Positions 48,877-61,271 of a stretch of DNA of 64,000 nucleotides are shown one piece after another. The stretch spans positions 22,010,001 through 22,074,000 of the forward strand of contig NW_027266343.1 in NCBI RefSeq assembly GCF_022045235.1, written 5' to 3'. The notes beneath the pieces were generated by a model. That model ran no database searches. It saw nothing but the letters and a program-made list of their open reading frames with translations, and was not told the origin of the DNA. The stretch's first letter is position 1. Each line of letters begins with the position of its first letter. The translations under genes were made by a program, and so were the position numbers. This stretch comes from Haliotis cracherodii (Eukaryota).

Positions 48877-51146
48877 TGCCTTCACACCATACATACTTAC
48901 TCAACATTTCATAAGGACCACACCTTTGACTAAAGATGACTATTTTGGTTTTAGCTAATGTTGAGTAGTATCCAATAGGTTCCTGTTGATCAAGAGTGGC
49001 TGTGTACTGCTCTGTATGTCTGTGATAGTTTTGTTATATACTGACACTATTGTTGATTTAGTAGCTTTGTTTGCTGGAGAACACTTCGTTTGTACGGAAC
49101 CTACACACAGCATTGATTTCTACCATGTTGGGAAAACCAAATGTCACAAATTGTCAGAGATGTGTAACTGACAAGTTGCCTGGTAGTCCTGACAGTCGGA
49201 CACTGAATATTGCTCATGTTAACACTTCATTCTTTTCTTGAATACACTTGTTTAAAGAAACATGTGTGCTGTCAGCCATTTTACATTCATACATACTTCT
49301 GTACAACTAACTACCACAGGACGTTCTGGAAACCCTATTGCAAATGATGTATTTTAGTTATTTCTTACCTTGCAGATGAGAGCGGATACATTGAGAATGA
49401 TTGGTTCTATGTCAAGGACATTTGAATGTTTCACACAGTCAGGTATCTCCTGGTTCCTGGACTTGCAAGGGATAGGAAGTTACATGTTTTTATCTTAAAC
49501 CAGAAATAACTTCCTTTTGTAGAGGGACATTAGAGACATTATAGATGAAAATATCTATTAACCAGTTATTTTTCTAGATGAGTGTTTCCTATGATGCATT
49601 AAAATGAGAATGAATGCATATTAGGTGCATTGCGAGTCAACTTGGAAGCTTGTTCAGTTTTCATTTGACTGTCATTTCTATTATGATAGGAAATTAAATT
49701 CCCTTCAAATAAGTATAACTGAGGCTTAACAAATCATGATTTTTTTAAAAACAATTTGGTACAATTTTAGCCTGGGATGCCATGCCTTGGACCTCCCAAA
49801 ATGATTACTGAAAAAAACCAGTACTCACAAAAAGAACAAGGAAAGTCCCTGTATATTCTAGTCACTACTGGACATGTGCAAGGGACTTGATGACTCCATG
49901 ATAGAGAGTGGGATAACCAAAACTGTCTGCGTCTTTATGTAGTAGGTGCAGTGGGATAGCCTAGTGGTTAAATTGTACGTTTGTCACGCCCAAGGCCCAA
50001 AAACCTGCAGCTTACTGTGACAAATAGATCGACACATAAAGGACCCACACGTATTTGAAACAGGCTCAACATGAGATCAGCCTGCCACAGGCCTTCAGAC
50101 AGATGCTTATTTCGAACACTGCATCCTGTACAGATTTCTAATTGCACATCATCTGTCCATCTGCCATTGTGTAAACATTTTGAGTTCCAAATATTGATAG
50201 TAAATCAATCCATCAAAATTAATTTGTGACCATGTTCATGAAAGCCACATCAATTCTACAGCAGGTCCAGTCACTCAGTAGGTTCATATGTCACTTATGA
50301 CTAGGTCGTGCTGGAAGGCACTGTTTTCTGGAACACTATTTAATAAAATATTGATAGCTTTTAGCCTAAATTCAATCTGAGGACAGTTCAGATGACAATG
50401 CAGGCCTGCATCAATAGACATATTGGACATCCTCAGTCGACTATCAGATGTTTCTCTGAGGTTAGGTGCAGTACTCTCGTTAAATTAGGAATGGAGTGGA
50501 ATTCTCCCTTATACTTTTATAGTTGTAAAGATTTGTTTCTTTGAAAAATATCTTGTCCAGTATAGCAATATTGCCATACATGCTTTACAAGACAGTATTA
50601 AGAACATAAATATGGTAAAGTCAGTGTCTGAAAATGTCCTTAAATATATGTCGGTGACAATCGTGATGTAACCAAGATTCCCTACCTTTTGTATATCAAG
50701 ACCTGGTTTGCTTGTCACAAACACGTCATGTCGCTACCCATGTATACATTGATTAATCGTTCCAGCACTCAGCATTCCTTGAGTACATTGTAGAACTTTA
50801 CCTCCAACTTCATATTGTAGACATTTCTATTTATTTCCGGTTTTGGAACTTTAGCAAATATGAGAAAAACAATTTCTATGTCATGCATATTTTTTCCGTC
50901 ATCACATCTACTTGGATACCTTCATTGAGAGGATATGCACAATTCTCTGTATTTCTATACTTACACTTTTCTTATTCGCTAAGATTTATATCTAAAGAAA
51001 TGTGGCATCTATTTTTGCATACTGATATTGTTCTGCATATTTTGTACAACAGAATAGTTTTTAGCATTTTCTTCTATTGTCAGGATGATTTACATCATGT
51101 AGAAATAAACAGTTGAACAATACCAACATCACATGACTTGTATTTA

Positions 51147-52328
51147 TTATCCCCCCGACATATAATGACGGGGGGATATAGCCATCAGTATGTCCGTCCG
51201 TCTGTAATCATTGTTTGTCCGGAGCATATTTCCTAAACTGTACAACCTAGCTTCACTAAACTTGGTACATTTACCAATCAGGCTCAGTAGTAGTGCCTTT
51301 TGCTATTTAGAGATTTTTAGAATTTTATATTTTTGTCGTTTCCATGGAAATATGATGAACTTAGGAAATTTGAGGGTACTGCTCTTGTCCAGAGCATATT
51401 TCCTAAACCGTACAACCTAGCTTCACAAAACTTGGTACACTTACCAATCAGGCTCAGTAGTAGTGCCTTTTGCTATTTAGAGATTTTTATATTTTTATAT
51501 TTTTGTCGTTTCCATGGAAATATGATGAACTTAGGAAATTTGAGGGTACTGCTCTTGTCCAGAGCATATTTCCTAAACCGTACAACCTAGCTTCACAAAA
51601 CTTGGTACACTTACCAATTAGGCTCAGAAGTAGTGCCTTTTGCTATTTAGAGATTTTGAGAATTTTATATTTTTGTCGTTTCCATGGAAATATGATGAAC
51701 TTAGGAAATTTGAGGGTACTGCTCTTGTCCGGACCATATCTCCTGAACCATACAACTTAGCTTCTCAAAAGTTTTTGCACCTATCAAGCAGGTTATGTAG
51801 TGGTGCCTTTGCTATTAACAGATTTTATCTTTTTTCAATTTAAATTGAAATTTGATGAACTTAGGGTAATGTCCTCGTCTGGAGCATATCTTCTAAACCA
51901 TGCGGCAGAGATTCACCAAACTTTATGCACATATCAATCATGTTCACTTGTAGTGCAGTTTGTTATTTATAGATTTTAATCTTTTTAATTTGTAGTCCCT
52001 GACATATAATTCTAAGGTGTACTATTTACCGATATCATATACTATATATGATGTGAGCTACATAACCTAGTACATTCTCTTTATGCCTTTGTGTCATGAG
52101 GCTACTACAGAGCTATTCATATGCGAATCTGCGAAGTTATTGTTATTACAAGTTCATGAGATCATCAGAAAGTGAGCTACATGAACCAATATTTAATAAC
52201 CTTCATTATATTTCTGGTTTTGGCATCAAGGAAAAAGATTTCCTTGCCAATCTAAATACATTTGAAGGTACACACAGTTTACCGACATGCCACGTCGGGG
52301 GGATATGTCATCTTCGGATGACTCTTGA
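51147..52328 (+). mobile_element. Helentron-associated MITE (HINE) with ~4 tandem 170-bp units
   Basis: ttatccccccgac...ggggggata, gtccgtccgtct, tandem units, 3' gtcggggggata plus hairpin gtcatc-ttcg-gatgac. Confidence 0.88.
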
Positions 52329-53427
52329 ATTTATACTAGATCGGTACACAAAAATACATCATCTGTGAAGTAGTTTAGTTGACCTTGTAATTAAAAATAT
52401 ATTTCCATTGATTTTATTCCATCAATGTGATGAAAAAACATTCAACATACAGAACTATTTACCATTTTGTACAACAGAAAGGCTGTTCATTGAACTTTGC
52501 ATTTTAGATTTCTCAACACACATAAATACAACTGCAGTATTTAATAGTGCTTACTCAAAGATATCATACTTTCACATCAAACAGGCTGCAAACATGTCTG
52601 TCACGAATTAAAGAAATGCATTTTGATATTTTCTTTCGAGGGTATGCGCCTTAATCATTTCCAGATGGTCTCAAAAGTTTATGTGGTCAACAAATTAATA
52701 TATTGTTATTGTAATAGATGAATCACAATCATATTTGAATACAAAAATGTCACTCTCGTTTCTTTTGATATCAAATATATCAACACTTGTCAGTAGGAGG
52801 AAACCCTCATTGGCCAGCCTGGGAATTTGGCTACTTTAATTCTGCATATTCTGGTCGATCAAATGACACAAAGTACGTTTCTCTATGTAACAGTGTTAGA
52901 TATTATTGTCAAGTGCTTAGACTACTATTAAAGCATAAGCACTTGAAAATAAGACACATTTGGTGACATATGTCACAAAATAATTACTCCAAAATGTTCA
53001 TGAAACTCAACAAAATGATCATAAGTTAAGGTGACTAGTTTCAATCGTCATTGTGATTGGTATGATGAAGTAAAGTCAATATTTTCTTTTCTGATAACTC
53101 AGTGCTCTGTAATCCATAGATCTCACCAAAGTCAAGTGAGCCTTTGTCATGACCTGCTTGTCCAGCGTCTGACATCATTGTTGGCTTTGTCTATGAACAT
53201 CATCTCCTCAGAAACCTATGGACCAATGAAGCTGGAACTTCACATGATTATTCAATGATAACTACTGAATTTGTTAAGAGGTTACAATCTATTTTCAGCA
53301 TGGCCACCGTGGCAGTGATATTGAACAACCCATTAAAAGTCATCTCATGTGTGCCAGTAGTTAGTATTAGGGAGTAACACGTTTTTATTTGCGACATAAT
53401 GAAGTTTAACCTTGATTCTACCTATAC

Positions 53428-53600
53428 ATCCCTGTGGGGATTCCAGGTTAGAATAGGTCCCCAGCAACATTTGCTGGTCATAAGAGATGACCAAATAGAT
53501 CGGGTGGTCAGGCTCGATGACTTGGCTGAAAGCATGTCATCGTACCCCGACGGCATGGATCTTTGTTCACAATGTCAATTACATGATTGACTCGATCATT
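53428..53600 (+). mobile_element. Degenerate Nin-domain-like SINE
   Basis: ttagaataggtccccagcaac...ggtggtcaggctcgatgacttgg. Confidence 0.6.
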
Positions 53601-53765
53601 TACACATTTCACAAAAAGATGACTAATCTACTTACAAGGTAGAATGCTGAATCATTGCATGAATGGTATGGCTATAAACAGATTCAAGTTTGTTCAAGGC
53701 TTCATGATTGGCTGTCAGCCTAGGTATTATAGACGATGTGGCAAAGACTTTGTCTAGCGCCTTTT

Positions 53766-55163
53766 TTATCCCCCTGGTATATAATGCTGGGGGATATAGC
53801 GATCAGCCAGTCCGTCTGTCCGTCCGTCTGTCCGATCGTAATCATTTCCTTTTCCGGGGCAGAATTTGAAAATCATTCAGTGTATTTGATCGAAACTTGG
53901 CAAATCTATCAGGCACATACTGAAGTGGTGCCTTTTGATATTATGGGATTTTTCTATTTTATATTTTTTAAAAAATTTTCTGGAATGAAGTTGGACATAG
54001 ACTCAATTGGGGATGGGGTCAGTTTCCGGGGCAGAATTCGAAAACCATTCAGTGTATTTGATCGAAATTTGGCAAAGCTATCAGTGATATTTTGGGATTT
54101 TTCTAATTTTTATTTTTTTTAATTTTCATGGAATGAAGTTGGACATAGACTCAATTGGGGATGGAGTTTGTTTCCGGGGCAGAATTCGAAAACCATTCAG
54201 TGTATTTGATCGAAACTTCGGCAAAGATATCAGGCACATACTGAAGTGGTGCCTTTTGATATTTTGGGATTTTTCTAATTTTTATTTTTTATAATTTTTC
54301 TGGAATGAAGTTGGACATAGACTCAATTGGGGATGGGGTTCGTTTCCGGGGCAGAATTCGAAAACCATTCAGTGTATTTGATCGAAATTTGGCAAATCTA
54401 TCAGTGATATTTTGGGATTTTTCTAATTTATTTTTTTTTATTTTCATGGAATAAAGTTGGACATAGACTCAATTGGGGATGGAGTTTGTTTCCGGGGCAG
54501 AATTCGAAAACCATTCAGTGTATTTGATCGAAACTTCGGCAAAGATATCAGGCACATACTGAAGTGGTGCCTTTTGATATTTTGGGATTTTTCTAATTTT
54601 TATTTTTTTAATTTTTTCTGGAATGAAGTTGGACATAGACTCAATTGGGGATGGGGTTCGTTTCCGGGGCAGAATTCGAAAACCATTCAGTGTATTTGAT
54701 CGAAACTTGGCAAATCTATCAGGCACATACTGAAGTGGTGCCTTTTGATATTTTGGGATTTTTCTCATTTTTATTTTTTTAAATTTTTATGGAATGAAGT
54801 TGGACATAGACTCCATTGGGGAACGAATTCGTTTCCGGGGCAGAATTCGAAAACCATTCAGTGTATTTGATCGAAACTTGGCAAATCTATCAGGCACATA
54901 CTGAAGTGGTGCCTTTTGATATTTTGGGATTTTTCTCATTTTTATTTTTTTAAATTTTTATGGAATGAAGTTGGACATAGACTCCATTGGGGAACGAGTT
55001 CGTTTCCGGGCCAGAATTTGAAAACCATTCAGTGGGTAAACAATGTATGCTTCTTAAAGAACATTCAACTGTTGACTCATTACATACAGTATTGCACATT
55101 TACTAGTGGTTACTTTACAGACAGCTGCCGGGGGGATACGTCATCTTTCTGATGACTCTTGTT
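53766..55163 (+). mobile_element. Helentron-associated MITE (HINE) with ~7 tandem 150-170-bp units
   Basis: ttatccccctgg...gggggata, (gtcc/gtct)n, tandem units, 3' ggggggata plus hairpin gtcatc-tttct-gatgac. Confidence 0.88.
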
Positions 55164-55886
55164 TCAGAATATATTGCACCAAATATTCAAAAGTCATCAT
55201 ACAAACTTGCCAACATTGTAAGGTTGAAGTGATGTAAAATCATCAAAATTGATAATTGACTTCTTTTAAAGAGAAAAGATTAAGCATTCAAAGATGTTAA
55301 GACAACTTTATTCTGAGAAGTCACATGGCCAAGAGAGTGGAGACTTTGTTCGAATGACAATACATACTTTCATATGACATTTGCTACCAGAAAGTCAAAC
55401 TTCGAGGTCACTACATACAACTGATGAATATAGGAAATAGATTCACGTTTTACAATGTAATGGTGTCACCAAAGTGAAATTATGTTGCATAGGGGAACAG
55501 TGACAAAAAGTAGGTTACTCTGTGTAACAGAATTGTAACATCAATAGCAGATGACACTCCCTCCCAAAAGCAAATATACTTATTCAGCCATCAAATAAAG
55601 AATGCATGAGGGACTGCGAGGTAGGTTGTCCCTTGTATCTATAGCTGATTGTTTCATTTGTGGCAGACATATATAATGTCCCAAGGGTGAGATAATGCCC
55701 TGCTCATGATGTTACCATGTAGACTTGATTATGTCAAGGGATGCTGCCCATTGTATTGTCATGGTTCTCAATTTCTTGTGGTTTCCCACTTGACTATAGC
55801 AGCCCTTTTGAGTTTATATATTTTCATAGTTAGAAAGGCTTAAGTAATGAGCTAGAAGGAGAAGGAATAATCTTGGTGAATTCATA

Positions 55887-58800
55887 TCACAAGATTAATG
55901 TGTTAACTACATGATGGTTGTCCAACACCTGAAAACAGACCTCCCTGAAACTGACGCCATTATGACACTCATTCCAGGTAGAAATACAAACACAATTGTA
56001 CTTAATGTTGAAGAAGCTCTTTCTCCAGCTGCAAGCCAAAGGCAGCTGAAACAATTCAATGTATAGATGCGAAGACATATTTCAACAGCAACATTGATGA
56101 TGGAGAAAACTACTTATGTAACAAGTGTGGTGAATGTTGGCACTATTCATGCTATTCCTTTGTACACAAACTTCATGACATAGTAATAGAGCCACAGGTG
56201 TTTTAACTTACCTGAATGTTTCTGGAATATTTGAAACATTAGATCATGAATAAATCAACATACATAAGTTGTCATAAATTCTGCCATGTTAAAATCAAAT
56301 GAACAAAAAATTACTGGTAATATGGTTTGACTTAGGTCTGCTGGTGAAAAAGAATATATTCATGAAAATGATGTTAATTAACATGATGTTATTTTGACAT
56401 TACTACAAGTGGTATAAAGCTGAATAAACTAGTATGTTCCCCCAACATCAGCAAGTAACAATTTATAGGGGAGGTGTCCAGTTACTGCTTATGTAAGTGC
56501 ATACATAATACTTAATCTGTGAACACAATATAACTCATGTATGAAAACCCTTGTGAAATGATCCTTCAAACTTAGTCACACATGGCCCAGTATTGTTATA
56601 TTGGTGACAAGTTACTGTGCACTTGGTTGTGCCAGTCTTGGGCTTTTGTGCCTGAGGGTTTATGATATTTAAAACCCGAATAGGTGGCATAAGGTTTTTA
56701 AGTATGATAAAAACCAGAGGGGAAGTGTTTATCTATCTTATAAACCAATTAAATAAACTGAAAACAACATTTATCAACATTGTTATCTTTTAAACGTACT
56801 TTCCATGAACCTTGGGAAATGAACATAAAATATGTGCAGCTGGCATAGGGTACCAGGACACATCTCTTCCTCAGTGGGGGAAATAGGCGATGCTGTGTTC
56901 ACCAGGACATATCTCTCACCAGTGTGGGAAACAATCAATGCTGTGATCACCAGGACATATCTCTCACCAGTGTGGGAAATAGACGATGCTGTGTTCACCA
57001 GGACATATCTCTCAGCAGTGTTGGAAACAATCAATGCTGTGTTCACCAGGACATATCTCTCACCAGCGTGGGAAATAGACGATGCTGTGTTCACCAAGAC
57101 ATATCTCTCACCAGTGTGTGAAATAGAAGATGCTGTGTTCACCAGGACATATCTCTCACCAGTGTGGGAAATAGACGATGCTGTGTTCACCAGGACATAT
57201 CTCTCACCCAGTGTGGGAAATAGACGATGCTGTGTTCACCAGGACATATATCTCAGCAGTGTTGGAAACAATCAATGCTGTGATCACCAGGACATATCTC
57301 TCACCAGTGTGGGAAATAGACGATGCTGTGTTCACCAGGACATATCTCTTCTCCAGAGTGAGAAATAGACGATGCTGTGTTCACCAGGACATATCTCTCA
57401 CCCTGTGTGGGAAATAGACGATGCTGTGTTCACCAGGACATATCTCTCAGCAGTGTTGGAAACAATCAATGCTGTGTTCACCAGGACATATCTCTCACCA
57501 GTGTGTGAAATAGAAGATGCTGTGTTCACCAAGACATATCTCTCACCAGTGTGTGAAACAGAAGATGCTGTGTTCACCAGGACATATCTCTCCCCCAGTG
57601 TGGGAAATAGACGATGCTGTGTTCACCAGGACATATCTCTCACCAGAGTGGGAAATAGACGATGCTGTGTTCACCAAGACATATCTCTCACCAGTGTGTG
57701 AAATAGAAGATGCTGTGTTCACCAGGACATATCTCTCCCCCATTGTGGGAAATAGACGATGCTGTGTTCACCAGGACATATCTCTCACCAGTGTGGGAAA
57801 TAGATGATGCTTAGTTCACCAGGACATATCTCTCACCAGTGTGGGAAATAGACGATGCTGTGTTCACCAGGACATATCTCTCAGCAGTTTTGGAAACAGT
57901 CATTGCTGTGATCACAGGGACATATCTCTCAGCAGTGTGGGAAATAGGCGATGCTGTGTTCACCAGGACATATCTCTCACCAGTGTGGGAAATAGACGAT
58001 GCTGTGTTCACCAGGACATATCTCTCACCAGTGTGGGAAATAGGCGATGCTGTGTTCACCAGGACATATCTCTCCCCCAGTGTGGGAAATAGACGATGCT
58101 GTGTTCACCAGGACATATCTCTCACCCTGTGTGGGAAATAGACGATGCTGTGTTCACCAGGACATATCTCTCAGCAGTTTTGGAAACAATCAATGCTGTG
58201 TTCACCTGGACATATCTCTCACCAGTGTGGGAAATAGACGATGCTGTGTTCACCAGGACATATCTCTCACCAGTGTGGGAAATAGACAATGCTGTGTTCA
58301 CCAGGACATACCTCTCCTCAGTGATAAGGATTATCAAGGGAATAAAAAACCGGTGGATCACACGTAGTTCTCGTAAATTGCAATCATGATACGATCGCCT
58401 GTTCATGGTCTGATGTTTGTCCAAACGAATTCGAATGGTGTAGAGTTCACCTCCTTCATCTGCGCCGACAGAACGTAATGGACTGATGTTTAGACGTGGT
58501 TAGGGACACTGCTGGATTACTACACATCATTTTGGAATTATGATGTCTTTTTTGTTTAACCTTGATGTCAAATAAAGGTGATTATGTTGAAAGAAACATA
58601 CGTCAAGAGTGGTCACAAAAAGACGCATGATCCTACCGGTTAGATATGAATAAACGTTATGGAAGGAAGAAACCAAATGGCTCTACTGAAGGAGTTATTA
58701 GTAACAGACAGTTTACAAACAAAATACACAACAATGATAAAATGTTGGTCCTTCACCCAACTATTAATGTACGAGGGGATATCAAAAAGTTTTCAATGCG

Positions 58801-60128
58801 CTACACCTGATGTACATGAATGTCTTAGCTACTGATGCTTTGTAGAAACATATTGCTGGCTGCAATTATTTTGTCACAACACTTCGTGGGAGAGACCTAC
58901 CCCTAGTGAATTGGCAAAATGGACAAATCTGAGTACAGAGCGGTGATAAAGTTCCTTGTCCAAGAGGGTCAATCTGCCAAACAGGTGGAAGAGTGATTGA
59001 CTGCAGTTTATGAAGTGTCTTCCCCATCGTCTGCAACTATCAAACGGTGGGTGAAGGAATTTCAGCGTGGCAGAGAGAGCATAGAAGATGACGCCCGGTC
59101 CGGACGGCCATAAACCAGTACCAGCCCTGAAAACATTGACACTGTACACAAACTAGTGATGGAAAACCGCCGTATTACTCTTCATGAGCTAGAAGAAACA
59201 ACAGGCCTATCATATGGATCCATACATAATATAATTCATGGCAAACTCCACATGTCCAAAGTGTGTGCCAGTTGGGTCCCAAGAATGCTTACAGATGACA
59301 TGAAGCTATCAAGGGTCACCATCAGTGGAGCCTTGCTAACTCGGTACAACGCCAACCCAGATGATTTTCATTTTAGGATTGTAACCAGTGATGAAACCTG
59401 GGTTTATCATTATGATCCGGAGAGCAAACAGGAGTCGATGGAATGGAAACACGCCACTTCAAAGAAGTTCAACGCCACCAGATCCACCAAGAAGGTTATG
59501 ATGACATCTTCTGGGACAGCAAAGGAGTGATTCACATCGACTACCTGCCCCATGACACCACAATGAATGGGGAGTAGTACGTCAAGTTATTGAAGCAGGT
59601 GCGCCAATCCATCAAGGTGAAATGCCGTGGAAAAATCCGTCGTGGGATTCTGCTACACCATGACAACGCACCAGTCCACACGATCCGTGTTGCAATGGCA
59701 GCTGTGCAAGAATGTGGCTACGAACTCCTCCCTCACCCACCCTATTCTCCAGACCTAGCCCCCAGTGACTTCCACCTCTTCCCAGGCTGAAAAGAAACAC
59801 CTCCGGGGCCGGAGATTTGAAGATGACGATGAGCTAACTGCTGCTGTGGAAGGTTGGTTAGGGGACCAGAATGTTGACTTCTACCGATCGGTCATCAGTG
59901 ACTGGCAAACTAGGTGGAGCAAGTGTGTGGAGTTGGGAGGGGACTATGTTGAAATATAAAGTAGTAACAATCCAATTCTTTTACCTTTTCTGTGTGAGGC
60001 TCAAAACTTTTTGATATCCCCTCGCACTTACCGCCAGGTAAGGCTGTTAAAACATGACAGTAATCAATGGTATCATGGAGGTAATCAGCCTCACTGCTTG
60101 TCCTCTCCTGGTGACTAGGTCCCGCCAT
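55887..60128 (-). CDS. Candidate small spliced gene, 98 aa, unknown product
   Basis: Exons 60131-60032 (cacag|AGGATGG...G|gtaagt), 58459-58312 (cgcag|...AG|gtatgt), 56221-56212 (ttccag|AAACATTCAG|gtaagt) and 55928-55887 (tttcag|...TGA). Phases 1, 2, 0 join into one ORF. No homology recognised; the last two exons are the least certain. Confidence 0.4.
56850..58325. repeat. 48-bp minisatellite (~30 copies)
   Basis: Unit ccagtgtgggaaatagacgatgctgtgttcaccaggacatatctctca. Confidence 0.97.
58772..60024 (+). mobile_element. Mariner (DD34D) transposon, full length, transposase inactivated
   Basis: TIRs CGAGGGGATATCAAAAAGTTT at both ends; TA left flank, CA right flank; WVPRML, DETWVYHYDPESKQESMEW, HDNAPVH, YSPDLAPSDFHLF; stops and frameshifts. 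Confidence 0.95.
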
Positions 60129-61271
60129 CCTCTGTGGGTAATCAACCCCAGTGACAAGTTCCCATCATCCTCTGGGGGTAATCAACCCTAGTGACAAGTT
60201 CCAATCATCCTCTGGGAGTAATCAACCCCATTGACTATTTCCCATCATCCTCTGGGGGTAATCAACCTCAGTGACAAGTTCCAACCATCCCCTGGGGGTA
60301 ATCAACCCCAGTGACAAGTTCCAACCATCCCCTGGGGGTAATCAACCCCAATGACTAGTTTCTACCATGCTCTTGAGGTAATCAACCCCAGTGACTAGTT
60401 TCTACCATGCTCTGGAGGTAATCAACCCAAATGACTAGTTTCTACCATGCTCTGGGGGTAATCAACCCCAGTGACTAGTTTCTACCACGCTCTGGAGGTA
60501 ATCAACCCCAGTGACTAGTTTCTACCATGCTCTGGAGGTAATCAACCCAATGACTAGTTTCTACCATGCTCTGTTGGTTATCAACCCCAATGACTAGTTT
60601 CTACCATACTCTGGAGGTAATCAACCCCAATGACTAGTTTCTACGATTCTCTGGAGGTTATCAACCCCAGTGAACAGTTTCTACCATGCTCTGGAGGTAA
60701 TCAACCCCAGTGACTAGTTTCTACCATGCTCTGGAGGTAATCAACCCCAATGACTAGTTTCTACCATGCTCTTGGCGTAATCAACCCTAATGACTAGTTT
60801 CTACCATGCTCTGGAGGTAATCAACCCAATGACTAGTTTCTACCATGCTCTGTTGGTTATCAACCCCAATGACTTGTTTCTACCATACTCTGGAGGTAAT
60901 CAACCCCAATGACTAGTTTCTACGATTCTCTGGAGGTTATCAACCCCAGTGAACAGTTTCTACCATGCTCTGGAGGTAATCAACCCCAGTGACTAGTTTC
61001 TACCATGCTCTGGAGGTAATCAACCCCAATGACTAGTTTCTACCATGCTCTGGACGTAATCAACCCTAATGACTAGTTCCTACCATGCTCTGGAGGAAAT
61101 CAACCCTAGTGACTTGTTTCTACCATGATCTTGGGGTAATCAACCCCAGTGACTTGTTTCTACCATGCTCTAGGGGTAATCAACCCCAATGACTAGTTTC
61201 TACCATGCTCTGGAGGTTATCAAACCCAGTGACTAGTTTCTACCATGCTCTGGAGGTAATCAACCCCAGTG
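60120..61271. repeat. 40-bp minisatellite (~29 copies)
   Basis: Unit ggaggtaatcaacccca(g/a)tgactagtttctaccatgctct. Confidence 0.97.

Noticed and set aside
49945-50000. tRNA-like A-box fragment in the 3' flank
   Set aside because: It is too short and has no B box; probably a SINE head remnant.
50340-51110. AATAAA motifs as the poly(A) signal of the EVC2-like gene
   Set aside because: The hexamer is common in AT-rich DNA and cannot be assigned without 3' end data.
56783-58389. Many overlapping repetitive ORFs in the 48-bp array (and in 18384-19811)
   Set aside because: They are open in several frames and broken by single-base indels, as expected of non-coding repeat translation.
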